A stretch of 64,000 nt of DNA from assembly GCF_964204645.1 (NCBI RefSeq), contig NC_134030.1:22900210-22964209 (forward strand). The letters run 5' to 3'. This DNA comes from Tubulanus polymorphus. Its lineage: Eukaryota; Animalia; Nemertea. Shown one piece after another: positions 25,095 to 37,660 of this stretch. The notes below the pieces were generated by a model. It saw nothing but the letters and a program-made list of their open reading frames with translations. It did no database searches and was not told the origin of the DNA. The translations under genes were made by a program, and so were the position numbers. Within the stretch, counting starts at the first letter, position 1. Each line of letters starts with the position of its first letter.

Positions 25095-25258
25095 ATTTAA
25101 CCCTAAGGAAAACAACATGATACCTAGTCTATAAAACATGGCTCTGGTTAAGCATTTATCTCCAGAGAGAACAATATGATAACCAGTTTATAAAACATGG
25201 ATCTGGTTAAGTATTCATCCCTGGCTAGCGGTAAACCGTGTGACCCAGTCTATAAAAC
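25095..25258. repeat. About 60-bp degenerate tandem repeat x3
   Basis: Recurring ...AGTCTATAAAACATGG(C/A)TCTGGTTAAG... Confidence 0.7.
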
Positions 25259-26684
25259 CGCCGAAACTTTTCCACTTTTACAAGTATAATAAAGTTTGAC
25301 TTGTGAGAAAACCAATAATTCAACTCGCTCGCGGCGGCGACGGACACCTCTCCTTCCCATGGATCTCCTTTAACCCTAACTATCTTATATTGACGATTCA
25401 TTTGTATCTCGAGTGACTCCGGAAATGTTCTTAAATTGCCAACTACCGGTCTGTCCCGAGAGCGCCGAGGGCAATGACTAGAACTGTTTAATGTTGATTA
25501 ACACCGATAGACCTGTCTGAGAGCCTGTTTAATGTGATCGACTCCAATCAGTATCACCGAGTCGTTTCAGTCGAGCGCCGCAATTGATTGTTATCGGTTT
25601 TTCTGTTCGACTCTTAGAGTTGTTTATTTTACTGGTTGCTGTATGTCCGGCAATGACCGGTCTAAATGTTTAACACGACGTTTGTGGTATCGACATTCGA
25701 GAGGTTGATCTACAGTGCTATCGAGTGGAGGGGAGAGAGAGGGAGGGAGGTCGCTGGCAGTTCAATTCGTCTCTCTCTCTCTCCCTATCTGCACGTGTCT
25801 GAGATAAATTGATAGGTTAATAAGGATTCCAGCAGCGGCTGATTTTTAGTTTTTATCACGCCTCACCCGATCGAGTCCCGAACAAAAGACTAATCTTAAA
25901 GCTACCCGTCGATAATTTCCGCTGCGCGCAGTGGTTTAGGCTTTTTGACGGTCGGAAGTAAGTATTGTGTTATAACCCGATCCGTTCTGATCGTTCACGT
26001 CACTCACGTGTATCTCAGTGCAACTCGTGGGAGGGAGGTACCATGCGGGTCTCATTCTGCTGTCGATCGACAAGTTCACGATTTACAACAAGAACTGGGC
26101 AGAAACTAGACGAATTTATAGAAAATAACTTCGTTGCCGCCCCACGACAACCAGTGTGACGCGAACAATCTTTGGAAAGGAAATATGGTCAAGGTTGTTA
26201 AAAGTTTATATTTTTCACAGTTCACGATTCGATGTTTGTTTTGAATGAAAAGATTGTGTTATCGATTGAGCACAGATCGGCTGTTAGTGATACACAATAC
26301 TCGTAAAACATTTACCTTCAGCGGCAAACACCCAGACTAGTCTATAACGCGTTTCAGGTTTTAATGAATTATCCATGATTTTTCCTCAAAATTGCCATAA
26401 AATTTCATTAAAACCTCGCGAATAATGACCCCGTTAGGACGCCCTACAGCAATAGATATTTTCGTTCTGAAGGTTTTTTTGTCACAAGGTTAACGAGGAT
26501 AGTGCATTCGCACTGCATGATTTATTTGACGCTTAAGTGAATCAGGAATCTGACGGAAGGAATCGGGAATCTGACTGCTCCACAGCAGGTAGATTCAATA
26601 AACATGTCTATTCTGATCAAAATCTCGGAGATCTGTATTGTTACGAACTGGGACCTGCTGCGCTCCATCATCTCTACAGCCAGA

Positions 26685-28272
26685 CGCGTGCGGAGAGGCG
26701 CGGCGGGCACGAGGTCTCGCGTGCGGAGAGGCGCGGCGGGCACGAGGTCTCGCGTCCGGAGAGACGCGGCGGGCACGAGGTCTCGTGGCCGGAGAGGCGC
26801 GGCGGGCACGAGGTCTCGCGTGCGGAGAGGCGCGGCGGGCACGAGGTCTCGCGTCCGGAGTGGCGCGGCGGGCACGAGGTCTCGCGTCCGGAGTGGCGCG
26901 GCGGGCACGAGGTCTCGCGTCCGGAGAGACGCGGCGGGCACGAGGTCTCGCGTCCGGAGTGGCGCGGCGGGCACGAGGTCTCGCGTGCGGAGTGGCGCGG
27001 CGGGCACGAGGTCTCGCGTGCGGAGAGACGCGGCGGGCACGAGGTCTCGCGTCCAGAGAGACGCGGTGGGCACGAGGTCTCGTGGCCGGAGAGGCGCGGC
27101 GGGCACGAGGTCTCGCGTCCGGAGAGGCGCGGCGGGCACGAGGTCTCGCGTCCGGAGAGGCGCGGCGGGCACGAGGTCTCGCGTGCGGAGAGGCGCGGCG
27201 GGCACGAGGTCTCGCGTGCGGAGAGACGCGGCGGGCACGAGGTCTCGCGTGCGGAGAGGCGCGGTGGGCACGAGGTCTCGCGTGCGGAGTGGCGCGGCGG
27301 GCACGAGGTCTCGCGTGCGGAGAGGCGCGGCGGGCACGAGGTCTCGCGTCCAGAGAGACGCGGTGGGCACGAGGTCTCGTGGCCGGAGAGGCACGGCGGG
27401 CACGAGGTCTCGCGTCCGGAGAGGCGCGGCGGGCACGAGGTCTCGCGTCCGGAGAGGCGCGGCGGGCACGAGGTCTCGCGTCCGGAGAGACGCGGTGGGC
27501 ACGAGGACTCGCGTGCGGAGTGGCGCGGCGGGCACGAGGTCTCGCGTCCGGAGTGGCGCGGCGGGCACGAGGTCTCGCGTGCGGAGAGACGCGGTGGGCA
27601 CGAGGACTCGCGTGCGGAGAGGCGCGGCGGGCACGAGGACTCGCGTCCGGAGAGGCGCGGCGGGCACGAGGTCTCGCGTCCGGAGAGGCGCGGCGGGCAC
27701 GAGGTCTCGCGTGCGGAGTGGCGCGGCGGGCACGAGGTCTCGCGTGCGGAGAGGCGCGGCGGGCACGAGGTCTCGCGTCCGGAGAGGCGCGGCGGGCACG
27801 AGGTCTCGCGTGCGGAGTGGCGCGGCGGGCACGAGGTCTCGCGTCCGGAGAGGCGCGGCGGGCACGAGGTCTCGCGTGCGGAGAGGCGCGGCGGGCACGA
27901 GGTCTCGCGTCCGGAGTGGCGCGGCGGGCACGAGGTCTCGCGTGCGGAGAGGCGCGGCGGGCACGAGGTCTCGCGTCCGGAGTGGCGCGGCGGGCACGAG
28001 GTCTCGCGTGCGGAGAGGCGCGGCGGGCACGAGGTCTCGCGTCCGGAGAGGCGCGGCGGGCACGAGGTCTCGCGTGCGGAGTGGCGCGGCGGGCACGAGG
28101 TCTCGCGTGCGGAGTGGCGCGGCGGGCACGAGGTCTCGCGTGCGGAGTGGCGCGGCGGGCACGAGGTCTCGCGTCCGGAGTGGCGCGGCGGGCACGAGGT
28201 CTCGCGTGCGGAGAGACGCGGTGGGCACGAGGTCTCGCGTGCGGAGAGGCGCGGCGGGCACGAGGTCTCGCG
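26685..28272. repeat. 33-bp GC/CpG-rich minisatellite, about 48 copies
   Basis: CGCGT(G/C)CGGAG(A/T)GGCGCGGCGGGCACGAGGTCT, with no indels seen. Confidence 0.99.
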
Positions 28273-28773
28273 CCGGCCGGTCATCAATCTAACTTTGTGC
28301 CGCGATGGACGAAAAGGAAGAAAAAACTATTTGCGTCGGGATCATTAAACATCGATTTGAAACTAATCAATATTGAGTCGGACACGCGGCCAGAACCTCA
28401 TCTTCATTAGACAATATAGAGACAGCTAACAGACAGCCAACAGACAGTTAAGGCTTCCGATAACCTTACCGGTTTCATTTCCCGCCATCAATCACGTGTT
28501 CGATCTGATCGCGGTCACGTGACTCGATACCGGAAGTGGACGGTGAGAGTGACCGGACGGAGTTTTTCTGTAAGAACGCGATGTTTTGATTTTTGTTCGA
28601 GGGTCAACACCGGACATGGGACGTAATCCAGTTCTGAATCCAGTTTGTCTCAGATCGCGGTTTGCTATCAGATAATTTGCTCGATACACGTCGATTAAGA
28701 TTCATGTTATTCTTTGAAGTTGATTTGTTGTAACCGTACGGGTCCGGTGTTTATTAACTTGAGCCACTGTATA

Positions 28774-29043
28774 ATGGGTTCAGAACGTGTAACTGACTCT
28801 TGAACTGTGGAACTGAGTTGTGAGTTGCGAAACTGGATCTTAAACGGTGGAACTGAGACCCCAACTGGTTATAGAACTGTGGAACTGAGTCCATAAGTGT
28901 GGAACGAATGCCAGACGAACTGTGGAACTGAGTCCAGAACTGTGGAACTGAATCCATAACTGTGGAACAAATGCCAGACGAACTGTGGAACTGAATCCAT
29001 AACTGTGGAACAAATGCCAGACGAACTGTGGAACTGAGTCCTG
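28774..29043 (+). repeat. Dispersed 20-bp satellite family cluster with a compound ~42-bp variant
   Basis: AACTGTGGAACTGA(G/A)TCCAT alternating with AACTGTGGAACAAATGCCAGACG. Confidence 0.85.
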
Positions 29044-29633
29044 CAATGATTTCCCTGTAAAGCCATCTCCGACTGTTGTCTATGAATTGCACATTTGTGG
29101 TTTGTGAAGCTGAAATTTTATTACCTATTTCATTCCCAGGAGTATGATATGTAATAGACTTGTAAACGAGTTACTTCGGGCGTCGAGTAATTCATTATTC
29201 GCGACCCGATAAACATCACAGCAATTATAACGCGCTGTTGAGTAGGGACTAATTTTCAGGACGGCATTGTAACCAGTTAACAGCCGTAATCAATCTAGTC
29301 TCAGCCGCGTCATAACGTGATATATATCATTCCGCACGCTGTGAAGTCAAGCGGCAGAAAGTAGTTCGTCTTCGTTCCTATTTTTCTAATATTATACGTA
29401 TATACAAATCACTTCCGGTTTCGGGTGTGCCTGGATTATTCGATACCGGAAGTAATTCGTCTCAAGGTCGAAGTTCGTTACTAAGTAACATTTAAAAACA
29501 AAGTGCGCACCCGGGTATGTAGCTGTCTCAAATGTAGATCCAGAAATACCTTTCTTAAACTAGTAAGCTACTCCGTTAAGTTACTACGTAAGCATGGTAG
29601 AATGATAGATGGAGTGGGGTTTTTTAGTGAATA

Positions 29634-29790
29634 TGGTCACCACACCTGAGTGGTCACCACCAGTTACCATATTGACCACACAAACTCCGCCAGTCACCAT
29701 TGATCTATGGTCTAGTGGTTAGCGTACTCGACTAACATGCTGGAGGTCACAGGTTCGAGTCCGGCTAGGGTTGGGATTAGGATTATGGGT
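29634..29790 (+). mobile_element. tRNA-like interspersed element with a TTAGGG-like tail (copy 1)
   Basis: GGTCACC-rich leader, A-box TGGTCTAGTGG at 29708-29718, B-box GGTTCGAGTCC at 29752-29762, then TAGGGTTGGGATTAGG. Homologous to 50079-50330. Confidence 0.7.
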
Positions 29791-30643
29791 CAGCTAAAGT
29801 TTTTTAAGCGCCGTGAGGACTGGAGCGGGGTATTGTTTTTCAATTTTTTTTCAATCCAGCCAATCCTAGAGAAAGGGAGGTTACTAAACGTTGAACCCTC
29901 CCCATCCGCCTCCCCTCCTCCTATTAAAACTACGGGTATCTAATGTGTCTTGAGAACTAATAAGGCAAAAGTGCTAAACGAAAATATCGGTAAAAATCGC
30001 TCTTCATTTGCTGTGCAGCTCCGACGTGAAACTCGACTGAGCAGCCACTGACTTTTTATCAGTTTTCCTTTTAGTTTTCTGTGAGACCAATTATCGATAT
30101 ATGTTGATACACGAGGAGAGTGTAATTAGAGACGCTCTCTCATACTACAAACACGAAAAACCGTATAACATTACACCATTTGGCGGTTCCCATAAAACCA
30201 GCGCGTCACACTGGCCTCTGAAGTGTAGAGATTCATCGTCTAAACGCAATTCAGACGTAACACGATTCGATATGACTCCATTTAACCACTTGCTAATTAA
30301 CGACCATCAAAAACTAGCCCGACTTTATGACGTCAACTTTTAGGTCGTAACTTAGCAACGTATATATCGTCGTAAAGGGGTTAGGGTTATATTCTACTCT
30401 TCAAAGTAACGACGACGCGGCTTCCATTAATATCGACATTTCGATGTTTATGTCATTATCTCCGCATCGTAAAAATAGATTGATATTTCGTTGATTTTCG
30501 AGTGAGTATGAATTACAAGGGTTATCGGATTTTATCTTGACATGAAATCCGACGATATGAAAATGAAAACGAGTCCGAAACATAGAAAGAGAACTCAACA
30601 ATAATAAATAATATCCGGAAATGTTTTCCACGAGCTACAGTTT

Positions 30644-30689
30644 AAGTCGACGTTTCGACTATTAATCAAATAGTCATCTTCAGGATATA
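30644..30689 (-). ncRNA. Minimal type I hammerhead-ribozyme-like motif (Penelope type), weak helix I
   Basis: Minus strand: TC CTGAAGA T GACTATT tgatt AATAGTC GAAA C GTC GA, with a perfect 7-bp helix II. Confidence 0.6.
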
Positions 30690-30797
30690 CTGAAAGATAG
30701 AAGGAGTTATTCGTGAAGATGACTATTAGAATATAGTCAAATTATGAAATAAACCCAAATTAGACAAAGAGAAACAATAATTGCATCGCAAATTTAA

Positions 30798-30852
30798 TAT
30801 TCCTGAAGATGACTATTTAAAGTATGTAAGGAAACAGTCGAAACGTCGAATA
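30798..30852 (+). ncRNA. Minimal type I hammerhead-ribozyme-like motif (Penelope type)
   Basis: TATTC CTGAAGA T GACTATTT..AAACAGTC GAAA C GTC GAATA. Helix I TATTC/GAATA, helix II 7 of 8 bp, palindromic ACGT helix III, GUC triplet ending at 30847. Confidence 0.7.
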
Positions 30853-31610
30853 AACCACTGGAGTTTCGAAATGAAATTAACTTTTCGAGATGAGCAGAAA
30901 ATCTAAGAAATTGGTCGAATCAATAAAAAGAGCCGAGAAATATCACAGATCTGAATTATTAACTAACTAAAACGTAGCGGATTAGAAATCCAGAAATAAA
31001 GTAAATCTAGAAATTCGAGTTAATTCAAATTTCATAGACATGTAACACTACGAATACAAGGGTTACAGTAATCTAGAAATGAGTTTACGCTTTGGAGCTG
31101 ACAGAGAATGGGACCAACTACACGCCAACAAACACCTCTCTTATATTTCACTAATAATTGCAGTTACGCAATTGCGTCGCTTTTCGATTTTAATGATTCA
31201 ATTAAAACGTCTAGTTTCTCAGCTAAACTCGTATTAATTTTGCGTATTTCTCGTTTTACAATTAGTGGTAGGAAGTTAATTATTAAAAGAAGTTGTCTTC
31301 CTTTAACGGGAAAGAACTGATATCAATATCAATCATAGAACAACATCAAAAGCCTTTGAGAAATCATCACAACTCTAGTAAAACGATATCGTTGCATCAG
31401 GGTTTTTTCAATTCGTTCCCACATTCGGCCAGTAATAGAAACTTATTAATTATTAATTAATGAAGTGAAACCATGAATTTGTCTCTCAGAGATTCTATCG
31501 TGGATCAGTGATTCTATCACAAGTGTCATTTTACTAACATCAAGACAAAAAACCTGCAAATTATTCAACAGCAACTTCAAGGCATAGAGAATCATTTTTT
31601 TCCGCAGAGA

Positions 31611-31869
31611 CAGTGGCGGATCTAGGGAGTGGTTTTCGTGGGGGAGGGGGGGACATATGCCTTCTAACTCTGACGTCGCTGCTGTTTTTGTCAGGACAGT
31701 GATAGTGCTAGAACCTGCCGCATAAATTAGACACCATCCTCTCAGCGGAAAATTACATCATTTCGTCAAAAAACTCTAAACCCAGCGGGATGTCACTAGC
31801 AGCACTCACATCCCGATCATGGTTCTATCGGAGGATTACCTTTCCTTTTACTAAATGGATCTGCACCTG
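31611..31869. mobile_element. Possible degenerate hAT-like MITE
   Basis: CAGTGGCGGATCTAG ... GGATCTGCACCTG. No TSD recovered. A similar end lies at about 60333 (CAGGGGCGGATCTA). Confidence 0.4.
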
Positions 31870-32185
31870 AATTTGCGCGGAAAAATGCATCGAATTCATT
31901 TCGTTTTCATCGCGGTATCGCATGACGTTAATTGTATATCGCATGCGGTAAATTGTATATCGTTTGTTGTTGTCCCCGACGGGCGATAAACAGCGACATG
32001 AATAATTTGTTGTCGAGAAATTGATGCAGGGAAATTCATGCTTTAAAAAGTATCATCACTTCCTCGTACTCGAATCTGTCTACGCTGATCTAACATGATC
32101 ATTAAATATGCGAGGCGGTCACTGGCAGTCGAGTAATATTCATCTGGCAATCAAGGAGCCATAATATTTCTTTTAAGTTGTCTTG

Positions 32186-32375
32186 TGGCAATAGAGGAAC
32201 CGCTAGGTGCGCTACTGTAGCACAATGAGTCATCCTCTGGCAATAGAGGAACCGCTAGGTGCGCTACTGTAGCACAATGAGTCCTCCTCCGTCAATAGAG
32301 GAACCGCTAGGTGCGCTAGTGTAGCACAATGAGTCCTCCTCTGGCAATAAAGGAACCGCTAGGTGCGCCAGTGTA
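32186..32375. repeat. 52-bp minisatellite, about 3.6 copies
   Basis: GGCAATAGAGGAACCGCTAGGTGCGCTACTGTAGCACAATGAGTCCTCCTCT. Confidence 0.92.
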
Positions 32376-33227
32376 GGTCTACTCTGAGTTCCCGAAAAAC
32401 GAGAGATGACATGATTTTCAAAATTATATCGTGACGGGATAGATAAATATGTGCAGTAAATTCAGGATTCGAACCAGGGCCAGCAGTTAATAACATTACA
32501 AGCGCAAGCCATCGGAACACGAATTGCGCTTTAAATCACGCCATCTGATGACATAACTAGAAACTAATCTCGTTATTCCTATTGTCTTATAAATGTGTCA
32601 TAAATTCAGACTGAATTCGACGGCGCGTAAAAATGATTATTTTTCCGGCGGCGACGCGGCAGTGTTAGACGTCACTGTTAGACTATGAGACTATCAGTAA
32701 ACAGGTGAACCGAACAGTAGACCCCCGCTGAGTCGATCACATCACCGGCGGATAAAAACGTGAAGTCATTTCTCAAACTCGTCTCTTCTACTCGGGAATG
32801 CAATTTGCTTTTGATATATTTACTGACAAAGAACGAACTTATTTACGAAGTTATCGGTGAGACACAACGCACATAAAAAACACACTGTGAATATTTGCTT
32901 TTCGGGGCCACAATAGTTTCCAAACGATAGCTAACCTCATTTCCTGTGTCCCAGCGGCGCAGCGGTCGCCCGCGATATTGCGTTCATACATATACTAAAT
33001 AAACATGAGATCGTTGTAGGACATGTTTCGGGCGACAATTCATCGCACACAAAAACTTACAACATCGTTCTGATGATTTATTTATGGCCGATTATTATCG
33101 GCAGCGAAATGTTGCCCCCAGCCCGATATAAATGACACACACCTGTGATCCGAATTATTCATTCAATACTTGTCTGATTCAAACAGATCATTTATCATAC
33201 GTATATATTAGCAATTGATTTATGATT

Positions 33228-33318
33228 ATAGGAAGACTCCGATAAGCTTCTGAACCGATAGGAAGACTCCGATAAGCTTCTGAACCCATAGGAAGACTCC
33301 GATAAGCTTATGAACCCA
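33228..33318. repeat. 30-bp repeat x3
   Basis: ATAGGAAGACTCCGATAAGCTTCTGAACC(G/C). Confidence 0.9.
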
Positions 33319-33339
33319 GTTCTTACGTCGTTCGGGACC

Positions 33340-33593
33340 CTGGAGCTGTGGAATTGAGTCCTTAACTGTGGAACTCGATCCACACCAAGTTCCACAGGTT
33401 AGGACTGGTAGAACTATAATTTCAGAACTGTAGAACTATAATTTCAGAACTGTGGAACTTAGTTCAAAACTGTGGAACTTAGGATACAGGACTGTGGAAC
33501 TGGATTCAGGACTGTGTGGAACTAGATACAGAACTGTGGAACTGGATACAGAACTGTGGAACTGAGTCCAGTAACTGTGGAACTGGATCCAGG
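33340..33593 (+). repeat. Degenerate 20-bp satellite family cluster
   Basis: AACTGTGGAACTGGAT(A/C)CAG units, plus one inverted unit (CCAAGTTCCACAG, about 33385). Confidence 0.85.
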
Positions 33594-34559
33594 ACAGAGT
33601 AAAACTGTAACGTGAGCTGTCAGATCAGATCTCAGTGAAGGACACGTCAGTTTTATGACTGATGATTAATTGATTCAATGTTTATGAACTAATCGCATTA
33701 TCATAGAACTGATGTTTGTCTCTGGTCATGTTAAATCCTGCTGCTGACCGTTATTAGATTGTCTAAACAGTGATATATTGACTCCACTGGTCGACAGCGC
33801 GCAGCCGCGGCCACGCACGTACAATCAGCGTGCAGTCTCTCATCACCGGGTTAGTTATTATTACACACAGTTTGATGGCTCCATTTACACATGATCTGTG
33901 TCTAATTTCAACAATCAAATGAGACCCAATTTGTTAAAATCAGTGGTGATCAGTGCGCAGACTCGTGACGTCATCCGTGCATGAATGATTACCTGTCAAA
34001 AATTTGACTAATTCGACCCTCAGATGAACTACTATTGAACACCCCGACCCCCCAACCCCGACCCCCCACCCCCGTGTTAAGCGAGGTGAAAATGTGGGAC
34101 TCGAACCCAAATCAACTGGCTACACCGATCCGAAGTAGGTTAAGCGTTTTTGTTGAAAATTCGGAACTCGAACCCAAATAAACTGGCTACACCTATCCCG
34201 ATACTCGTCTATATTTCAATGTTTCATCAACGAACTGAACTAATTACCTAACACGTGATCAGTCGAGTGTGCGTATTAATCTACCCGAGTTTAGAACTAT
34301 TTTCCGGAAGCTCGCCTGCGCGGCGCGTTCACGCCGGAAGTCGCGAGTAATCATAGAAATTTTTGCTTCGTCGAATTCAACGCTCCTCTAATTCGTAATA
34401 TCGCGCGAACTAAACACGTATCGGTACTACCGAGCTGGTATGTAGAGCAGCTGCTAGTCACGTGTTCATACTATTCCTGACTACACACAAATGACGATGA
34501 TGAAATTTGGTTCTATTTGGTTCTATTTGATTCTATTTATTAGCCCGGATCTACGGTTC

Positions 34560-34735
34560 TAGTTTTAACCTATTACTGGCCATCTTCATCACGTTGAAGA
34601 GATTTGCCATCTGCGGACTTTAGTTGTTAAATCAGTGAGTCGGACAAGCACTGATATGTGTCCTACCCGTATAACCATGGTTTCACTAGGACTCGAACCC
34701 ACAACCTCTCGGTTGTGAGTCAAACACCTAATCCT
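34560..34735 (-). mobile_element. tRNA-derived SINE fragment
   Basis: Minus strand GGATTAGGTGTTTGACTCACAACCGAGAGGTTGTGGGTTCGAGTCC has a B-box and a tRNA-like arm. The extent of the body is uncertain. Confidence 0.55.
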
Positions 34736-35555
34736 TCAGATGGTTCGGGCTTCAAAGAGAACCATTGAACAATTTTTAGCAATTGTAGCCGATTTTGAGA
34801 TCCGATTTTCGAATTTCTCCCCTCTGATTTGAGAGAACAATATAGATTTGCTTGAGATGTTCCTACGGTATTTGCGCCGTGTATTTCTGTGTCATTTGAT
34901 TCTTCAAATATCGCCGCGCTCGAGATCATAAATGGTTGTTTTTTTGTTTGATCCGTAGAAAAATCTATCGCTCTCTCAAGGCGACGTGAATATATAGAAA
35001 TATATTTATCTTTATAAGTGAAATAACACTTGTTCACGCTCGCCTTAGTGAAGTGGAATATCTTCAGTTCTTTCGGTGACAACACGACTGTGGGCATACT
35101 CGTCGCTCCGAGATAGTGCCATCAAGGAGATGTGGATGATTCATTGAAGGTCATCGTCGAGTTTAAAGATAAACGTAAATCAATTCTCCGGACCATAAAT
35201 TAAAAAAGCCTTTCAGGGCTACATTCACGAGGACGTCAGAGAGGGTGCATGGATAAGAAATAATCAATATTAATGGAACTGGATGATACTATGAAGCTTT
35301 TGAAACATAGATAACACGGACCTGAATTTTGGAAAAGTGCTCTTTCTGCAAATTTCATTGTTGTATCCAATAGAGCTGTCCTTTATGTGGCTCGCCCCTC
35401 GAAACGATAGGTAACATCCGTTAGATTAGTTCGTAAAGCTTAAAGTTTAGACACGACACGAACTTTCTCTAGAGACAATCGTCAGGTGTGAGGCATTCAC
35501 TAGAAATTATTTTCTGATATAAGAATTTGATTTTGCTTTCAATGCAGCACTTCAA

Positions 35556-37660
35556 GAGCGGTTCCTGAACTTCGCTGAAAAAGCTGAAATCCTGAAACGC
35601 TGAAATAAAAACGCTGAAATTTCAGGGAATTTCCGAAAAACGCCGAAATCGTGCTAGGTACCGACAATACACGTTTTGAAATATCTTCCGGGCCGGTGTC
35701 CGCTGCCGAGTCCTGAACCGTGTTTTAGTCTCTACCTTCGGTTACAGAGACATGCATGGACAGTATGTGTGGAGTACACTTCTAGAGGGCCATTAATTCG
35801 CTTGAAATCCGGATTATTAATGCATACAGGCAGCATAATGAGGAAAACCCATTCACAAACCGTGCAAGCCAACTTAAACACTATGCTCAATAGGTAAAAG
35901 TGCAGATCCGCACCTCTCGTGGTTGACGCAATCTGCTGAATGACAGAATCCAGGCTTAAATCTTTCTAGTGAAGATATCTTAAAATGAACCAATGGCAAT
36001 GTACTGAATTGCTGATGACATTTTGAATATGAAACATTGATATTTAATGTAATTGATTGAACCGAGAGGTGCGGATCTGCACTTTTACCTGCTCAATATT
36101 CTAAGAATATGGTTAACTGCAAGACACAAAAAATCTTATCTGACCGTTCATGTATAAAACATGATTATGAGCAACTTTTCTTTTGTCAACACGTTGATGG
36201 GCGACGGACTATGGTATTCTCTGAAGGAGGTAAATTAAATTTGACAGCTAGTTATATAAATAATGCAGCTTTTGGACAAAAGGGATCTAACTAAATTTCT
36301 TTTTTTAAGTCACCTTGGAATGGAATGGAATGGATTGACGCCAATGGCATGCAGTAGGCCCCTACGTATGAGTCATACTAATTAGCGTCAACCAATTAAT
36401 CTAAATCGGGCTAACCATTCAACAACTGTCAATAATTTATTTGTTGTGGTGTGACAATAATTAGTGTTTTTTGAAGAAATGACATACCAACTGTTAGAAA
36501 AATGTACCGATTCTTATTTTTAGACTACTACTGAATCTATAAAAGGAGGAGTCATAGACTAAGTTGATTTGCTTAGCTTGAGACACTTCTTGTCAAGTAC
36601 ATCATCTCAAGTACTGGGTGTTTTGTAAGTTTAATTTCAGTATTTATTTACTAAGTGCTGTTACCTCAGACCTCAGTGCTTTCAAATTAGGCCCACCCCA
36701 TAGGCTGTATAGTCCAGGGTGTATTATCACTATTCTTTTATTTCCTACTTAAATGCGCCTTTTTCTATTTTTAGACTTGGGCTAAGAATGTGCAAATGTT
36801 TTGAGATACTGAGAAATCAGATGGCACCAGTAAACGTCAACTGCGAAATTTGCAGCTGGATAGCTGAACGACACAATTTTTAAAAATAAAATGGCTATTC
36901 GAGACAAACGTCCAATTATTGGATCTTTCTTGTTGACTCGTTTAATATTGTCAGTTTTGAGTTCCAGTCAATCCACAATGTGCAGTGCCTTCATCTACAC
37001 TGAAGCCAAGCTTGTGTATGGGAAAATGTCGTTCGACTCTTATAAGCCAGACAAATCAAAGCATGCAATACATAGCAGATAGTGGTCTCCGGCAAGTCGA
37101 AAGAGAAAGTAAACCAGGGAACAAAGACACGTCAAGACTCCTTCCTCCTTGTAGAAATTGTAGAAATATGGCACCCAATCGTAGCAATGCTAAGTACAGT
37201 ATACTATGATGGTTGAGCACTTAATTTGGGTTATCAGGTTCAGCCTAACTGTACTTTCATTCAGCTACTACTTGTATGAGACTTGGCAATGATAAGTTGC
37301 AAGAAATCACCAAACATAAGAAAAAATATTGAGAATTAATATTACTGTAATTAAGAATTTATTCAAATGAAGTGATAACTTCATTGTTAGATCGTACCGG
37401 TATATATGCACATAAAACAAAAATCAGCTAACAACAATCCACGCAATCCGCAATCGATCAAGTAGAACATGACGACGACCTTAAGGCATGTCTCTGTAAC
37501 CGAAGGTAGAGACTAAAACACGGTTCAGGACTCGGCAGCGGACACCGGCCCGGAAAATATTTCAAAACGTCTTTTGTAGCACGATTTCAGCGTTTTTCGG
37601 AAATTCCCTGAAATTTCGGCGTTTTTATTTCAGTTTTTCAGCGAAGTTCAGGAACCGCTT
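35556..37660. mobile_element. Non-autonomous DNA transposon, 2.1 kb, with about 175-200-bp TIRs
   Basis: 35557-35755 (AGCGGTTCCTGAACTTCGCTGAAAAA...GGTTACAGAGACATGC) is the near-perfect reverse complement of 37486-37659. Flanks TCAA|GAG and CT|TTAA or CTT|TAA. No intact transposase ORF. Confidence 0.92.
35893..36089. mobile_element. MULE/Mutator-type MITE (197 bp) nested in the 2.1-kb element
   Basis: 27-bp perfect TIR GGTAAAAGTGCAGATCCGCACCTCTCG and an exact 9-bp TSD TGCTCAATA at 35884-35892 and 36090-36098. Confidence 0.93.

Noticed and set aside
26522-28410. Five overlapping ORFs of 537-603 aa
   Set aside because: They follow from a stop-free 33-bp unit open on both strands. There is no unique domain or frame preference.
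36012-36040. CTGATGA...GAAA hammerhead-like core inside the MULE MITE
   Set aside because: No correctly registered helix II and no helix I.
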